Shown in pieces: positions 1 through 8,609 of a DNA stretch of 32,000 nt (within the stretch, counting starts at the first letter, position 1; the number at the start of each line of letters is the position of its first letter). A program made the position numbers and the translations under genes. A model generated the notes under the pieces. It searched no databases, was not told the DNA's origin, and saw only the letters and a program-made list of their open reading frames with translations. The stretch is from Pasteurella multocida. GTDB lineage: Bacteria; Pseudomonadota; Gammaproteobacteria; Enterobacterales; Pasteurellaceae. The DNA lies in the NCBI RefSeq assembly GCF_900187275.1, contig NZ_LT906458.1:1380001-1412000 (forward strand). Reading direction: 5' to 3'.

Positions 1-239
1 GCCATACAGCCATAACTCGGATCTATATCACGATAATTAGCGATGTCATAACCATTATCAATTTGTGGCGAAACATACATCGGTGTAATCCAAAGCCCAT
101 CAACACCCAATTCTTTTAAATAATCTAAACGCTTAATAATTCCCTGAATATCGCCAGTTCCACTTCCCGTTGTATCTTGGAAAGATTTTGGATAGATTTG
201 GTAGATAACCCCATTTTGCCACCAATTTTTATTACTCAT
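1..239 (-). CDS. treC: Trehalose-6-phosphate hydrolase (GH13 alpha,alpha-phosphotrehalase), N-terminal fragment; the gene runs off the left edge of the window
   Basis: Own translation of the reverse strand from ATG at 239-237 gives MSNKNWWQNGVIYQIYPKSFQDTTGSGTGDIQGIIKRLDYLKELGVDGLWITPMYVSPQIDNGYDIANYRDIDPSYG. This is a typical GH13 N-terminus. An AAGGGA RBS lies upstream. The gene is downstream of treB and treR on the same strand. Confidence 0.8.
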   Translation of the reverse strand, partial: MSNKNWWQNGVIYQIYPKSFQDTTGSGTGDIQGIIKRLDYLKELGVDGLWITPMYVSPQIDNGYDIANYRDIDPSYGCM

Positions 240-271
240 ATTGTTCCCTTACAAAAGTGTGTTGCTATCAA

Positions 272-628
272 TTAACGAGTTAAATCAAAACTCCAGTCGA
301 TTAAATGATAAAGTTGTTGTTGCGGAAAAGGACTATTAAGACGTAAGCTAAACCAATGTCTTTTATTCATATGATAGGCAGGAAAAATAGCCTCACTTTG
401 GCGTAAACTATCAATGACAGCTGGCTCACATTTTAAATTAATAATATCGATTTGTTCTGTCTCTGCTAAACCTAAACTTATTGCTGGCACAGTTAAAATC
501 AAAGCAAACCATTTATGGTTATGTGGATGTCGGAATACAGCATAACAAGGTTTATCTTGCCAAGGATAATCAGGACGAATAGCATATTTTCGTTCAATGT
601 ATTTTAAAATAGCTTCGCGAGTTAACAT
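272..628 (-). CDS. MmcQ/YjbR-family (DUF419) putative DNA-binding protein, 118 aa
   Basis: Complete ORF. The size and the sequence pattern (YPWQDKPCYAVFRH...KWFALI...HMNKRHWFSL) match my recollection of the YjbR/MmcQ family. It sits between treB and treC. Confidence 0.7.
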   Translation of the reverse strand: MLTREAILKYIERKYAIRPDYPWQDKPCYAVFRHPHNHKWFALILTVPAISLGLAETEQIDIINLKCEPAVIDSLRQSEAIFPAYHMNKRHWFSLRLNSPFPQQQLYHLIDWSFDLTR

Positions 629-677
629 CTATCCGTCCTTTTGCACTATTGTTTTATCCAAAACTCTGCTAAAACAA

Positions 678-686
678 ACCGCACTT
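678..686 (-). repeat. Hin-type uptake signal sequence core (ACCGCACTT on the + strand), intergenic
   Basis: Exact 9-mer read in the sequence, downstream of the treB stop. Confidence 0.9.
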
Positions 687-727
687 TCTCCCTTTCTGAA
701 GGACAAAAGGGATGAAAAAAAGTTTGA

Positions 728-2146
728 CTAATTTAATGTACCTGCTTTTTCTTTACGTTTGTAAACAAGAGTAGTAAGAATGAATGGTACAACAATCGCT
801 ATTGCCATAGCTAAAGCATAGACTGCCCAATATTGATGTTGAATAGATAAAATTCCAGGTAATCCACCCACACCAATACTGCTCGCTAATACACCAGCTA
901 GACCACAAACTAAACCAGCAGTAGCTGAACCAATCATGGCACAAAGCATAGGAAAACGATATTTTAAGTTAACCCCATACATAGCAGGTTCTGTTACACC
1001 TAAATAAGCAGAGATTGCAGCTGGCACAGAGATTTCACGAGATTCTGCTGTTTTATTAACATAAATAATCGCTAATACGGCTGATGCTTGAGCAATGTTT
1101 GAAAGTGCAATTAAAGGCCATACTGGCGTACCGCCAATACTGCTAATCATTTGGAAGTCGATAGCTAGCGTTGTTTGATGTACACCTGTTACAACTAATG
1201 GGGCATATAAGAAACCAAATAATGCTGCGCCAATCGGAGCAAAATCACCTGTCATAGCGTGTTTTACAACAAAGGCAACACCATTACCAATTTCACGTCC
1301 AATTGGACCGATAATTGAATGTGCAAGGAAAACTGCTAATATAATAGACACTACTGACACAATCACTAAATTCAAATAATTTGGCACAATTTTAGTTAAA
1401 TACCGCTCGATAAATGACAATGCTAGCCCAGCCATAATTGCTGGAATCACTTGAGCTTGGTACCCCACTTTTTCAATTGCCATGAATCCAAAATCCCATG
1501 CTTCAGGCAGTTGTGATCCTAATGCATAAGAATTCATTAATTGTGGTGAAACTAATGTGACCCCTAACACAATGCCTAAGATAGGCGATGTTCCCATTTT
1601 ACGTGCGATAGACCAACAGATACCTACTGGTAAAAAGTGGAAAATCGCCTCACCGACCAGCCATAAGAAACTGTGCATACTTGCCCAGAATGAACTGATA
1701 TCAACTAGTGTTTTAGTGCCATCTTCAAACATTTTGATGTCACCAATCACATTACGGAAACCTAAAATCAAACCACCACTAATTAGTGCTGGTAGCAATG
1801 GAATAAAAATATCAGCTAAATGAGAAATACTGCGTTCATACCATTTTTGATTTTGGCGTGCCGCTGCTTTGATTTGTTCTTTATCCGCATTAGCTAAGCC
1901 TGTCTTTTCAAGTAAAACTTTGTAATAGTCACCAACTTCTTGACCAATTACCACTTGATATTGACCACCTGTTGCAAAACTGGCTTTTACCATTGGTAAG
2001 CTTTTCAGTTTTTCAGCATCTGCTTTTGCATCATCATTCAAAATAAAGCGTAAACGGGTAATACAATGAGTTACTGCTGCAATGTTGTCACGACCACCAA
2101 CATATTCAATAATTTTATCTACTGCACTTGGATCAATTTTTGCCAT
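728..2146 (-). CDS. treB: PTS trehalose-specific EIIBC component
   Basis: The EIIB cysteine motif (THCITRLRF) is followed by a polytopic EIIC domain. I start at the internal ATG 2146 (MAKIDPSAV...) because an AAAGAGG RBS precedes it. The ORF-track start at 2197 has no RBS. Confidence 0.9.
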   Translation of the reverse strand: MAKIDPSAVDKIIEYVGGRDNIAAVTHCITRLRFILNDDAKADAEKLKSLPMVKASFATGGQYQVVIGQEVGDYYKVLLEKTGLANADKEQIKAAARQNQKWYERSISHLADIFIPLLPALISGGLILGFRNVIGDIKMFEDGTKTLVDISSFWASMHSFLWLVGEAIFHFLPVGICWSIARKMGTSPILGIVLGVTLVSPQLMNSYALGSQLPEAWDFGFMAIEKVGYQAQVIPAIMAGLALSFIERYLTKIVPNYLNLVIVSVVSIILAVFLAHSIIGPIGREIGNGVAFVVKHAMTGDFAPIGAALFGFLYAPLVVTGVHQTTLAIDFQMISSIGGTPVWPLIALSNIAQASAVLAIIYVNKTAESREISVPAAISAYLGVTEPAMYGVNLKYRFPMLCAMIGSATAGLVCGLAGVLASSIGVGGLPGILSIQHQYWAVYALAMAIAIVVPFILTTLVYKRKEKAGTLN

Positions 2147-2223
2147 AAAATAGCCTCTTTTTTTCATCAATGGGAGAAAGCATAAATTGTTGTCCATTAT
2201 AAATATGTTGATTATTTAATCAA

Positions 2224-2237
2224 TGGGAACGTTCCCA
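2224..2237. promoter_or_regulatory. Perfect 14-bp palindrome TGGGAACGTTCCCA; candidate TreR (LacI-family) operator upstream of treB
   Basis: Read directly. It has a central CG dyad, as LacI/GalR-type operators do. It lies in the 100-bp treR-treB spacer, about 80 nt upstream of the treB start. Confidence 0.6.
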
Positions 2238-2297
2238 AAAATAAGGAATATAAATGAGATCAAGATCACAAATTTAATAAAAAGATAAATAAAGACA

Positions 2298-3242
2298 TCA
2301 AATAACTAATCGACAATCGAGACAATGATGCTGAATTGACTGATTTTCCAATAAATCAAATAACTGTTTTACTGTAATCTCACCAACCTGATCAAAACCT
2401 AAATCAACACTTAATACATTAGGAAATAAAAAATGTAGTAGTCGACTTTTTCCAACCCCACAAACTTGGATATGCGACAACTGTTTTTCTTGTAAATATT
2501 TTAGTGCGCCAATTGCCAAAGTATCAGTTGCACAAACAAGAGCCGAAACTTCAGGAAAAATAACTGCACTTGTATGATTATATGCCCATTCATACCCTAA
2601 CTCACCTTGTAAAGAGCAAGGTTGTAAACCATACTCTTTACAAAAATGCAAATAAGCTTGATGGCGAGTATAACCTGTAGTCGCATCTTGATCATTCACA
2701 CCTAAGTAACTAATTTTACGATGCCCTTCTTTATAAAGATGTGTCATCAATAAATGTACAGCCTTTCTATCATCATAGTAAATTGAAGATAACTGAGTAT
2801 AATTTCTCGCAATGACAACCATATTATGCCGCCATCCCTGTAAATCAGTTTCCTCTAACTCACTAAACGCAAATAAAATCACGCCATCTACACCACGTTT
2901 TTGGAAAAAGGCTAAATGTTCTTTCACTAATTCTGGCTTAAATTGGCTTTCAACAATAATAGGCTCACACTGTTGTGCATAGAGTGAAGGAAGGATACTT
3001 GATAGCACTTGGTTTTCTGCTGTTGAAGCTAAACGTGTGACAATAATACCGATTACACGATCAGACACACCACGCATTGCACGAGCTGATTTTGAGGGTT
3101 GAAAACTATATTGTGCAATCACATTTTGCACACGCTGACGTGTTGCCTCACTAACCTTAGAGTCATTATTCAACACTCGTGAGACAGTGGATTTTCCAAC
3201 TCCACTTAAACGTGCAATATCTTTAATAGTGAGCTTTGTCAT
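2298..3242 (-). CDS. treR: LacI-family transcriptional repressor, trehalose operon repressor
   Basis: N-terminal HTH (MTKLTIKDIARLSGVGKSTVSRVLNN) plus a periplasmic-binding-protein-like sugar-binding domain. It is adjacent to treB. Confidence 0.85.
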   Translation of the reverse strand: MTKLTIKDIARLSGVGKSTVSRVLNNDSKVSEATRQRVQNVIAQYSFQPSKSARAMRGVSDRVIGIIVTRLASTAENQVLSSILPSLYAQQCEPIIVESQFKPELVKEHLAFFQKRGVDGVILFAFSELEETDLQGWRHNMVVIARNYTQLSSIYYDDRKAVHLLMTHLYKEGHRKISYLGVNDQDATTGYTRHQAYLHFCKEYGLQPCSLQGELGYEWAYNHTSAVIFPEVSALVCATDTLAIGALKYLQEKQLSHIQVCGVGKSRLLHFLFPNVLSVDLGFDQVGEITVKQLFDLLENQSIQHHCLDCRLVI

Positions 3243-3243
3243 T

Positions 3244-4446
3244 TTAATCTTTTGAATGTCGATAAATTAAAAAATAATAGCAACTGACCGCTGCGACGCT
3301 ACAACATGCCATAGTTAATAACATCGGTGCAGCGCTTTTCATTGGCATCAAAGCAACTAGAGAACCAACTATTGCTCCCGTACCAAACCGTACACTACCA
3401 ACAACAGAATTGGCGGTACCAGCCATTTTGGGAAACTTTTCTAAAATAGATGCCATAGCATTCGATGAAATTAAAGGGTTTTGCCCTGCAAAAATAGCTA
3501 AACAAAATGTCATAAGCCAAAAACCAAGATCAAAAAGAGAAACCATGATCAAACCAATGGCCGCGATAAATTGAATAAGCAAACCAGCTTTAAGCATCAC
3601 TTCAGTCCCTACTTTATTAACAATACGACCATTAATGAAAGATCCGATTATCATAACAGCAATATTAAACATAAAGAAATAGCCAAATTTATCTACAGGT
3701 ATACCATAAAGCCCGACATAAACGATTGAACCTGCCGTAATCAAAGCAAATAAACCACCAAAACCAAAAGCAGAAGCAAACATATAACCTAACACTTCTC
3801 TTTGCTGACAAAGTGCTAAAAAGTTTCGTCCAACAACACCTAACCTAAGAGGAATCCGCTGTGTTTTGTGATGTGTTTCAGGAATGATCACGAAGACTAA
3901 TAAACAGGACAAAAATCCCATAAAACTGATAACATAAAAAATAGAATGCCAGTGGAACCAAGAAACTAAGTGACCGCCAATAATCGGTGCTAATAAAGGT
4001 GCTAACATAAAAACCAAGGTAATTGATGACATGATCCTAGATAATTCATTTTTATGAAATAAATCACGTAGAATCGCGCCAACCAATACCACTGGTGCTG
4101 CCCCAAAAAAGCCTTGTATAAAACGAAATCCTGTAAACTGACCAATCGAATAAATATGGGTTAAAATCAATGCCGCAACAGCACTTACTAGTACACCTAA
4201 TAAAATAATCGGCTTACGCCCATAACTATCGCCTACAGGTCCCCAAAAAAGTTGTCCAATTGCCATCCCTGCGGCAAAAAATGTTAAAGTGTGTTGAACT
4301 TGTTCAGGCGTTACATTTAAGTCTTTTGCAATCAGTAAAAAAGCGGGAAGATACATATCTACACCTAAAGGGGGAAGCATAGATAAAATCCCTAATGTAA
4401 TGATAAAAATAGTGCCTGCTTTTACAGGCTTTTGTTCAGCCAACAT
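3244..4446 (-). CDS. bcr: MFS drug efflux transporter, Bcr/CflA subfamily
   Basis: 400 aa with 12 predicted TM helices. It has the MFS motif (GPVGDSYGRKP). It lies downstream of rsuA, the same adjacency I recall for E. coli. Confidence 0.85.
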   Translation of the reverse strand: MLAEQKPVKAGTIFIITLGILSMLPPLGVDMYLPAFLLIAKDLNVTPEQVQHTLTFFAAGMAIGQLFWGPVGDSYGRKPIILLGVLVSAVAALILTHIYSIGQFTGFRFIQGFFGAAPVVLVGAILRDLFHKNELSRIMSSITLVFMLAPLLAPIIGGHLVSWFHWHSIFYVISFMGFLSCLLVFVIIPETHHKTQRIPLRLGVVGRNFLALCQQREVLGYMFASAFGFGGLFALITAGSIVYVGLYGIPVDKFGYFFMFNIAVMIIGSFINGRIVNKVGTEVMLKAGLLIQFIAAIGLIMVSLFDLGFWLMTFCLAIFAGQNPLISSNAMASILEKFPKMAGTANSVVGSVRFGTGAIVGSLVALMPMKSAAPMLLTMACCSVAAVSCYYFLIYRHSKD

Positions 4447-4447
4447 A

Positions 4448-5149
4448 CTATCCTTTCTTAATACTATTTATTTCTCGTTCAGAAAGCGAACGGTACTCAC
4501 CTTCTGCTAAATTTTCGTCTAATTCAATATCGCCGATTTTCCAACGGTGTAAGCCTACTACTTTATTCCCCAAAGCTGCAAACATCCGTTTGACTTGATG
4601 ATAACGTCCTTCACTAATCGTTAAATTCACATTGTAATCATCAAGAATTTCTAACGTTGCAGGCTTCGTTGGGGTTTTCTCACCACGCAATAGCATACCT
4701 TCTGCACAGGCTTGTTGATAATGGCTTTCCACAGGATCGGCAAGTGTCACCAGATAGGTTTTCTCACAATGGTGTTTTGGGGACGTAATACGATGTGACC
4801 ATTTTCCATCATCAGTTAATAACACGAGCCCGGTCGTGTCCACATCTAATCGTCCGGCACTATGCAATTTACCTACCAACGGATAATCAAAGAATTGATA
4901 AATCGTTGGATAATCCCCATCCTCATGAGAGCAAACATAGCCTTGCGGCTTGTATAACATCAAATATTGTCCTACAGATACCCAAGGTAAATGCTCGCCA
5001 TCTAAACAAATTTCATCTGTTTGACTGACTTTTTGTGCACCATTTTTCTCAACGTGTCCATTTACCGTGACCGCACTTTGCTTTAAGACTTTATTCGCTT
5101 GTGAGCGGGTTAGTCCTGTATTTTCGGCTAAAAATTTATCTAATCGCAT
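4448..5149 (-). CDS. rsuA: 16S rRNA pseudouridine(516) synthase
   Basis: N-terminal S4 domain (MRLDKFLAENTGLTRSQANKVLK) and the RsuA/RluB catalytic motif (HSAGRLDVDTTGLVLLTDDG). Confidence 0.92.
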   Translation of the reverse strand: MRLDKFLAENTGLTRSQANKVLKQSAVTVNGHVEKNGAQKVSQTDEICLDGEHLPWVSVGQYLMLYKPQGYVCSHEDGDYPTIYQFFDYPLVGKLHSAGRLDVDTTGLVLLTDDGKWSHRITSPKHHCEKTYLVTLADPVESHYQQACAEGMLLRGEKTPTKPATLEILDDYNVNLTISEGRYHQVKRMFAALGNKVVGLHRWKIGDIELDENLAEGEYRSLSEREINSIKKG

Positions 5150-5350
5150 GCTAATTTACGTTGTCCTTCATTCATTAACTTACGCATTCTACTATGTTTC
5201 AGCACAAGAGGGGGAATTATTAAAAAATAAGCAAGTTGACGAAAAAAACAAAATCCCAATACTGTGTTTTAGGTCACGTTTTTTATTCTCAATTTATTTA
5301 TAATGGTTTGTCTATTACGATAATTTATTTACTCACAAGAGGACTGTTTT

Positions 5351-7627
5351 ATGGATGCACAATTACGTCAAGCTGCTCTCGATTTTCATGAATTTCCAAC
5401 ACCGGGAAAAATAGAAGTGACTCCGACCAAATCGCTGGCAACACAGCGTGATTTAGCGCTCGCCTATTCCCCCGGTGTTGCGGTCCCCTGTTTAGAAATC
5501 CAAGCAGATCCCGCTGCCTCTTATCGTTATACCTCCAGAGGCAATTTAGTTGCTGTGATTTCCAATGGTACGGCGGTTTTAGGTTTAGGCAACATTGGTG
5601 CATTAGCGGGAAAACCGGTAATGGAAGGGAAAGGGGTGTTATTTAAAAAATTTGCCGGTGTCAACGTATTTGATATCGAAATTGACGAAAGAGATCCAGA
5701 TAAATTAGTCGATATTATTGCTTCGCTAGAACCCACTTTTGGTGGCATTAACTTGGAAGATATTAAAGCCCCAGAATGTTTCTATATTGAACAAAAATTA
5801 CGTGAGCGGATGAAAATTCCTGTTTTCCATGATGACCAACATGGTACCGCTATTATCAGTGCTGCTGCGATTTTGAATGGCTTACGTATCGTGAAAAAAG
5901 ACATTGCCAAGGTTAAATTGATTGCCTCGGGCGCGGGTGCCGCATCGATTGCGTGTTTAAATTTATTGGTCAGTTTAGGTTTACCGCGTGAAAATATTAT
6001 CGTCTGTGATTCAAAAGGGGTGATTTTCCATGGTCGCGATGAACGCATGGATGAAACTAAAAAATTATATGCAATTGAAGACAATGGTAAACGTACGTTA
6101 GCGGAAGTCATCAACGATGCGGATATTTTCTTAGGTTGCTCTGCGGCGGGAACATTAACCCAAGACATGGTAAAAACCATGGCGGCCAACCCGTTAATCC
6201 TTGCGTTAGCTAACCCTGATCCCGAAATTTTACCGCCTTTAGCGAAAGCCGTTCGTCCAGATGCAATTGTTTGCACGGGACGTTCTGATTACCCAAACCA
6301 AGTCAATAACGTACTCTGTTTCCCATTTATTTTCCGTGGGGCATTAGATGTGAGTGCAACAGCAATCAACGAAGAGATGAAACTCGCGGCAGTGCATGCC
6401 ATTGCGGATCTTGCACTTGCCGAACAAAGTGAAGTGGTTACCTCAGCTTATGGCGAAACGGAATTATCTTTTGGTCCAGAATATTTAATTCCTAAGCCGT
6501 TTGATCCCCGTTTAATTGTCAAAATTGCCCCAGCGGTAGCTAAAGCAGCCATGGATTCGGGGGTCGCCACGCGTCCAATTAAAGATTTTGATGCTTACAT
6601 TGAAAAACTCACGCAGTTTGTGTACAAAACAAACTTGTTCATGAAACCGGTGTTCGCTCAAGCGAAGCAAAATAAAAAACGTGTTTTACTCACCGATGGT
6701 GAAGAATCTCGTGTTTTACATGCTGTGCAAGAAATCGCAACATTAGGTATTGCAACCCCAATTTTATTGGGTCGTCCAAGTGTCATCGCACAAAAAATTA
6801 AACAGCTTGGTTTACACATTCAAGAAGGGCGTGATTTTGAATTAGTGGACATCGAAAACAACCCTTATTTTGAGGAATGTTATAAAACTTACCACAACTT
6901 GCTTAAACGCAAAGGCATTACGCCAGCCGGTGCGCAACGTAAAATGCTACATAATCCGACTGTGATTGGTGCAACCTTGCTCCAACTCGGCAAAGCCGAT
7001 GCCATGTTATGTGGTTTAGTCGGTCCTTATGCTTCGCATTTAAGCAATATTAAAGAAGTGATTGGTGTCCAACCGTGTGTCCCAACGCCTGCGACAGTAA
7101 ATGGGCTCGTGTTGCCAACAGGTAACTTATTCATTACAGATACCTTTGTTAACCATAACCCAACCGCACAAGAATTAGCTGAGATCACCATTATGGCAGC
7201 CAATGAAGTAAGCCGTTTCGGTATTGAACCTAAAGTTGCCTTAGTCTCCCATTCTAATTTTGGCACCTTTGATGATCCAAGTGCGGTCAAAATGCGCGAA
7301 GTTTTACGCTTAGTGAAAGAAAAAACACCAGACTTGATCATTGATGGCGAAATGCACTGTGATGTCGCTTTAAATGAGAAATTGCGTCAGGACATCATGC
7401 CAGACAGTCCATTAAAAGGGGCGGCAAACTTATTGGTGATGCCAAATATGGAAGCTGCACGGATCAGTTTGAACCTATTACAGGGCACTGCCACCCCAAT
7501 TACAGTCGGACCAATTTTAATGGGGATGAATAAACCTGTTCATATTCTCACCTCCGCGTCTTCTGTACGCCGGATCATTAATATGGTCGCGATTGCGGCA
7601 GCTAATGTTGAACCCACTTGTAAGTAG
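5351..7627 (+). CDS. maeB: NADP-dependent malic enzyme (malic enzyme domain fused to a phosphotransacetylase-like domain)
   Basis: 758 aa with the characteristic two-domain architecture. An AAGAGGA RBS lies upstream. Confidence 0.93.
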   Translation: MDAQLRQAALDFHEFPTPGKIEVTPTKSLATQRDLALAYSPGVAVPCLEIQADPAASYRYTSRGNLVAVISNGTAVLGLGNIGALAGKPVMEGKGVLFKKFAGVNVFDIEIDERDPDKLVDIIASLEPTFGGINLEDIKAPECFYIEQKLRERMKIPVFHDDQHGTAIISAAAILNGLRIVKKDIAKVKLIASGAGAASIACLNLLVSLGLPRENIIVCDSKGVIFHGRDERMDETKKLYAIEDNGKRTLAEVINDADIFLGCSAAGTLTQDMVKTMAANPLILALANPDPEILPPLAKAVRPDAIVCTGRSDYPNQVNNVLCFPFIFRGALDVSATAINEEMKLAAVHAIADLALAEQSEVVTSAYGETELSFGPEYLIPKPFDPRLIVKIAPAVAKAAMDSGVATRPIKDFDAYIEKLTQFVYKTNLFMKPVFAQAKQNKKRVLLTDGEESRVLHAVQEIATLGIATPILLGRPSVIAQKIKQLGLHIQEGRDFELVDIENNPYFEECYKTYHNLLKRKGITPAGAQRKMLHNPTVIGATLLQLGKADAMLCGLVGPYASHLSNIKEVIGVQPCVPTPATVNGLVLPTGNLFITDTFVNHNPTAQELAEITIMAANEVSRFGIEPKVALVSHSNFGTFDDPSAVKMREVLRLVKEKTPDLIIDGEMHCDVALNEKLRQDIMPDSPLKGAANLLVMPNMEAARISLNLLQGTATPITVGPILMGMNKPVHILTSASSVRRIINMVAIAAANVEPTCK

Positions 7628-7640
7628 TGGATAGCAAAAT

Positions 7641-7676
7641 CAGGGCAGAGGTAAAAATCTGCCCTGAGATTTTTGG
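7641..7676 (+). terminator. Rho-independent terminator after maeB
   Basis: CAGGGCAGA (7641-7649) pairs with TCTGCCCTG (7658-7666), followed by AGATTTTTGG. Confidence 0.8.
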
Positions 7677-7695
7677 TGTTAACTGCAGAGAAATA

Positions 7696-7709
7696 ATGAT
7701 CTTAATCAA
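7696..7709. promoter_or_regulatory. ATGATCTTAATCAA dyad upstream of sodA; candidate FNR/CRP-family site (TTGAT-N4-ATCAA) overlapping a Fur-box-like AT-rich stretch
   Basis: Read directly. One mismatch to the FNR half-site consensus. It lies just upstream of a TAAAAT -10-like hexamer (7717-7722). Confidence 0.35.
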
Positions 7710-7780
7710 GTTTCCTGTTAAAATCTTGTTACTTTTTGGCAATAATGCCCCCTTACTTTCACTCAATAAAGGAAATAATT

Positions 7781-8425
7781 ATGGCTTATACACTACCAGA
7801 ATTAGGCTATGCCTACGATGCATTAGAACCCCATTTTGATGCAATGACGATGGAAATTCACCATTCAAAACATCATCAAGCCTATGTCAACAATGCCAAT
7901 GCTGCATTGGAAAATTTACCAGAATTAGCACAAGGTTGCCCAGGTCAATTATTAACTAAGTTAGCAGAGGTGCCTGCTGATAAATTGACAGCTATCCGCA
8001 ATAATGTGGGTGGTCACTTAAACCACTCGCTATTTTGGAAAAGCCTGAAAAAAGGTACCACGTTACAAGGCGCACTAAAAGATGCCATCGTGCGTGATTT
8101 TGGCTCTGTGGAAGCCTTCCAAGCAGAATTTGAAAAAGCGGCAGCAACCCGTTTCGGTTCAGGTTGGGCATGGTTAGTCTTACAAGAAAACGGTAAATTA
8201 GCGGTCGTATCCACCGCGAACCAAGATTCACCTGTAATGGGTAAAGCTATTGCGGGTTGTGAAGGTTACCCATTATTAGGTTTAGACGTTTGGGAACACG
8301 CTTACTACTTGAAATTCCAAAACCGCCGTCCAGACTACATTAAAGAATTCTGGCACGTAGTAAACTGGGATTTCGTGGCAGAACGCTTCGAGAAAAAAGT
8401 TGAACATTGCAACTGCACAAAATAA
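7781..8425 (+). CDS. sodA: Superoxide dismutase [Mn]
   Basis: Fe/Mn-SOD signature ([20 protein letters not shown]...HHSKHH...DVWEHAYY). I start at ATG 7781, which has an AAAGGAAA RBS. The ORF-track start at 7736 adds a non-homologous extension. Confidence 0.93.
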   Translation: MAYTLPELGYAYDALEPHFDAMTMEIHHSKHHQAYVNNANAALENLPELAQGCPGQLLTKLAEVPADKLTAIRNNVGGHLNHSLFWKSLKKGTTLQGALKDAIVRDFGSVEAFQAEFEKAAATRFGSGWAWLVLQENGKLAVVSTANQDSPVMGKAIAGCEGYPLLGLDVWEHAYYLKFQNRRPDYIKEFWHVVNWDFVAERFEKKVEHCNCTK

Positions 8426-8432
8426 TCTCTCA

Positions 8433-8460
8433 ATCCCCTCAATCGAGGGGATTTTTCTTT
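8433..8460 (+). terminator. Rho-independent terminator after sodA
   Basis: ATCCCCTC, loop AATC, GAGGGGAT, followed by TTTTCTTT. Confidence 0.85.
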
Positions 8461-8609
8461 CTTCCTCCCTTTTCTCTCCCTCACTGTACTTTTTTTCAAA
8501 TTTATGAGAGAGATCACAATCTATACAAAGAAATCACTAGAGCTAGCACGTAACTTTCTCTAGAATGGATTCCCCCTAATGTATTTATATTTCCAAGAAA
8601 GGAGTAATT

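Noticed and set aside
1557-1823. 88-aa + strand ORF inside treB. Similar antisense ORFs occur at 753-944, 4795-5028, 5782-6276, 7027-7341, 12411-12764, 12894-13331, 15492-16148, 16456-16770, 17497-17970, 18235-18687, 19768-20154 and 22129-22630, among others.
   Set aside because: All lie entirely within, and antisense or out of frame to, long ORFs with clear homology. They have no RBS and their composition is odd. They are shadow ORFs.
5067-5303. 78-aa + strand ORF in the rsuA-maeB divergent region
   Set aside because: It begins antisense inside rsuA and has no RBS. The remainder is AT-rich promoter DNA.
7627-7839. 70-aa + strand ORF bridging maeB and sodA
   Set aside because: It runs through the maeB terminator hairpin and the sodA promoter and RBS, and it overlaps the sodA start out of frame. 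It is not plausible as a gene.
8461-8520. CT-rich tract (TCTTTCTTCCTCCCTTTTCTCTCCCTC) after the sodA terminator, considered as a possible repeat or regulatory element
   Set aside because: It has no internal periodicity or dyad symmetry that I can define. It is probably just polypyrimidine spacer upstream of the cpdB promoter.
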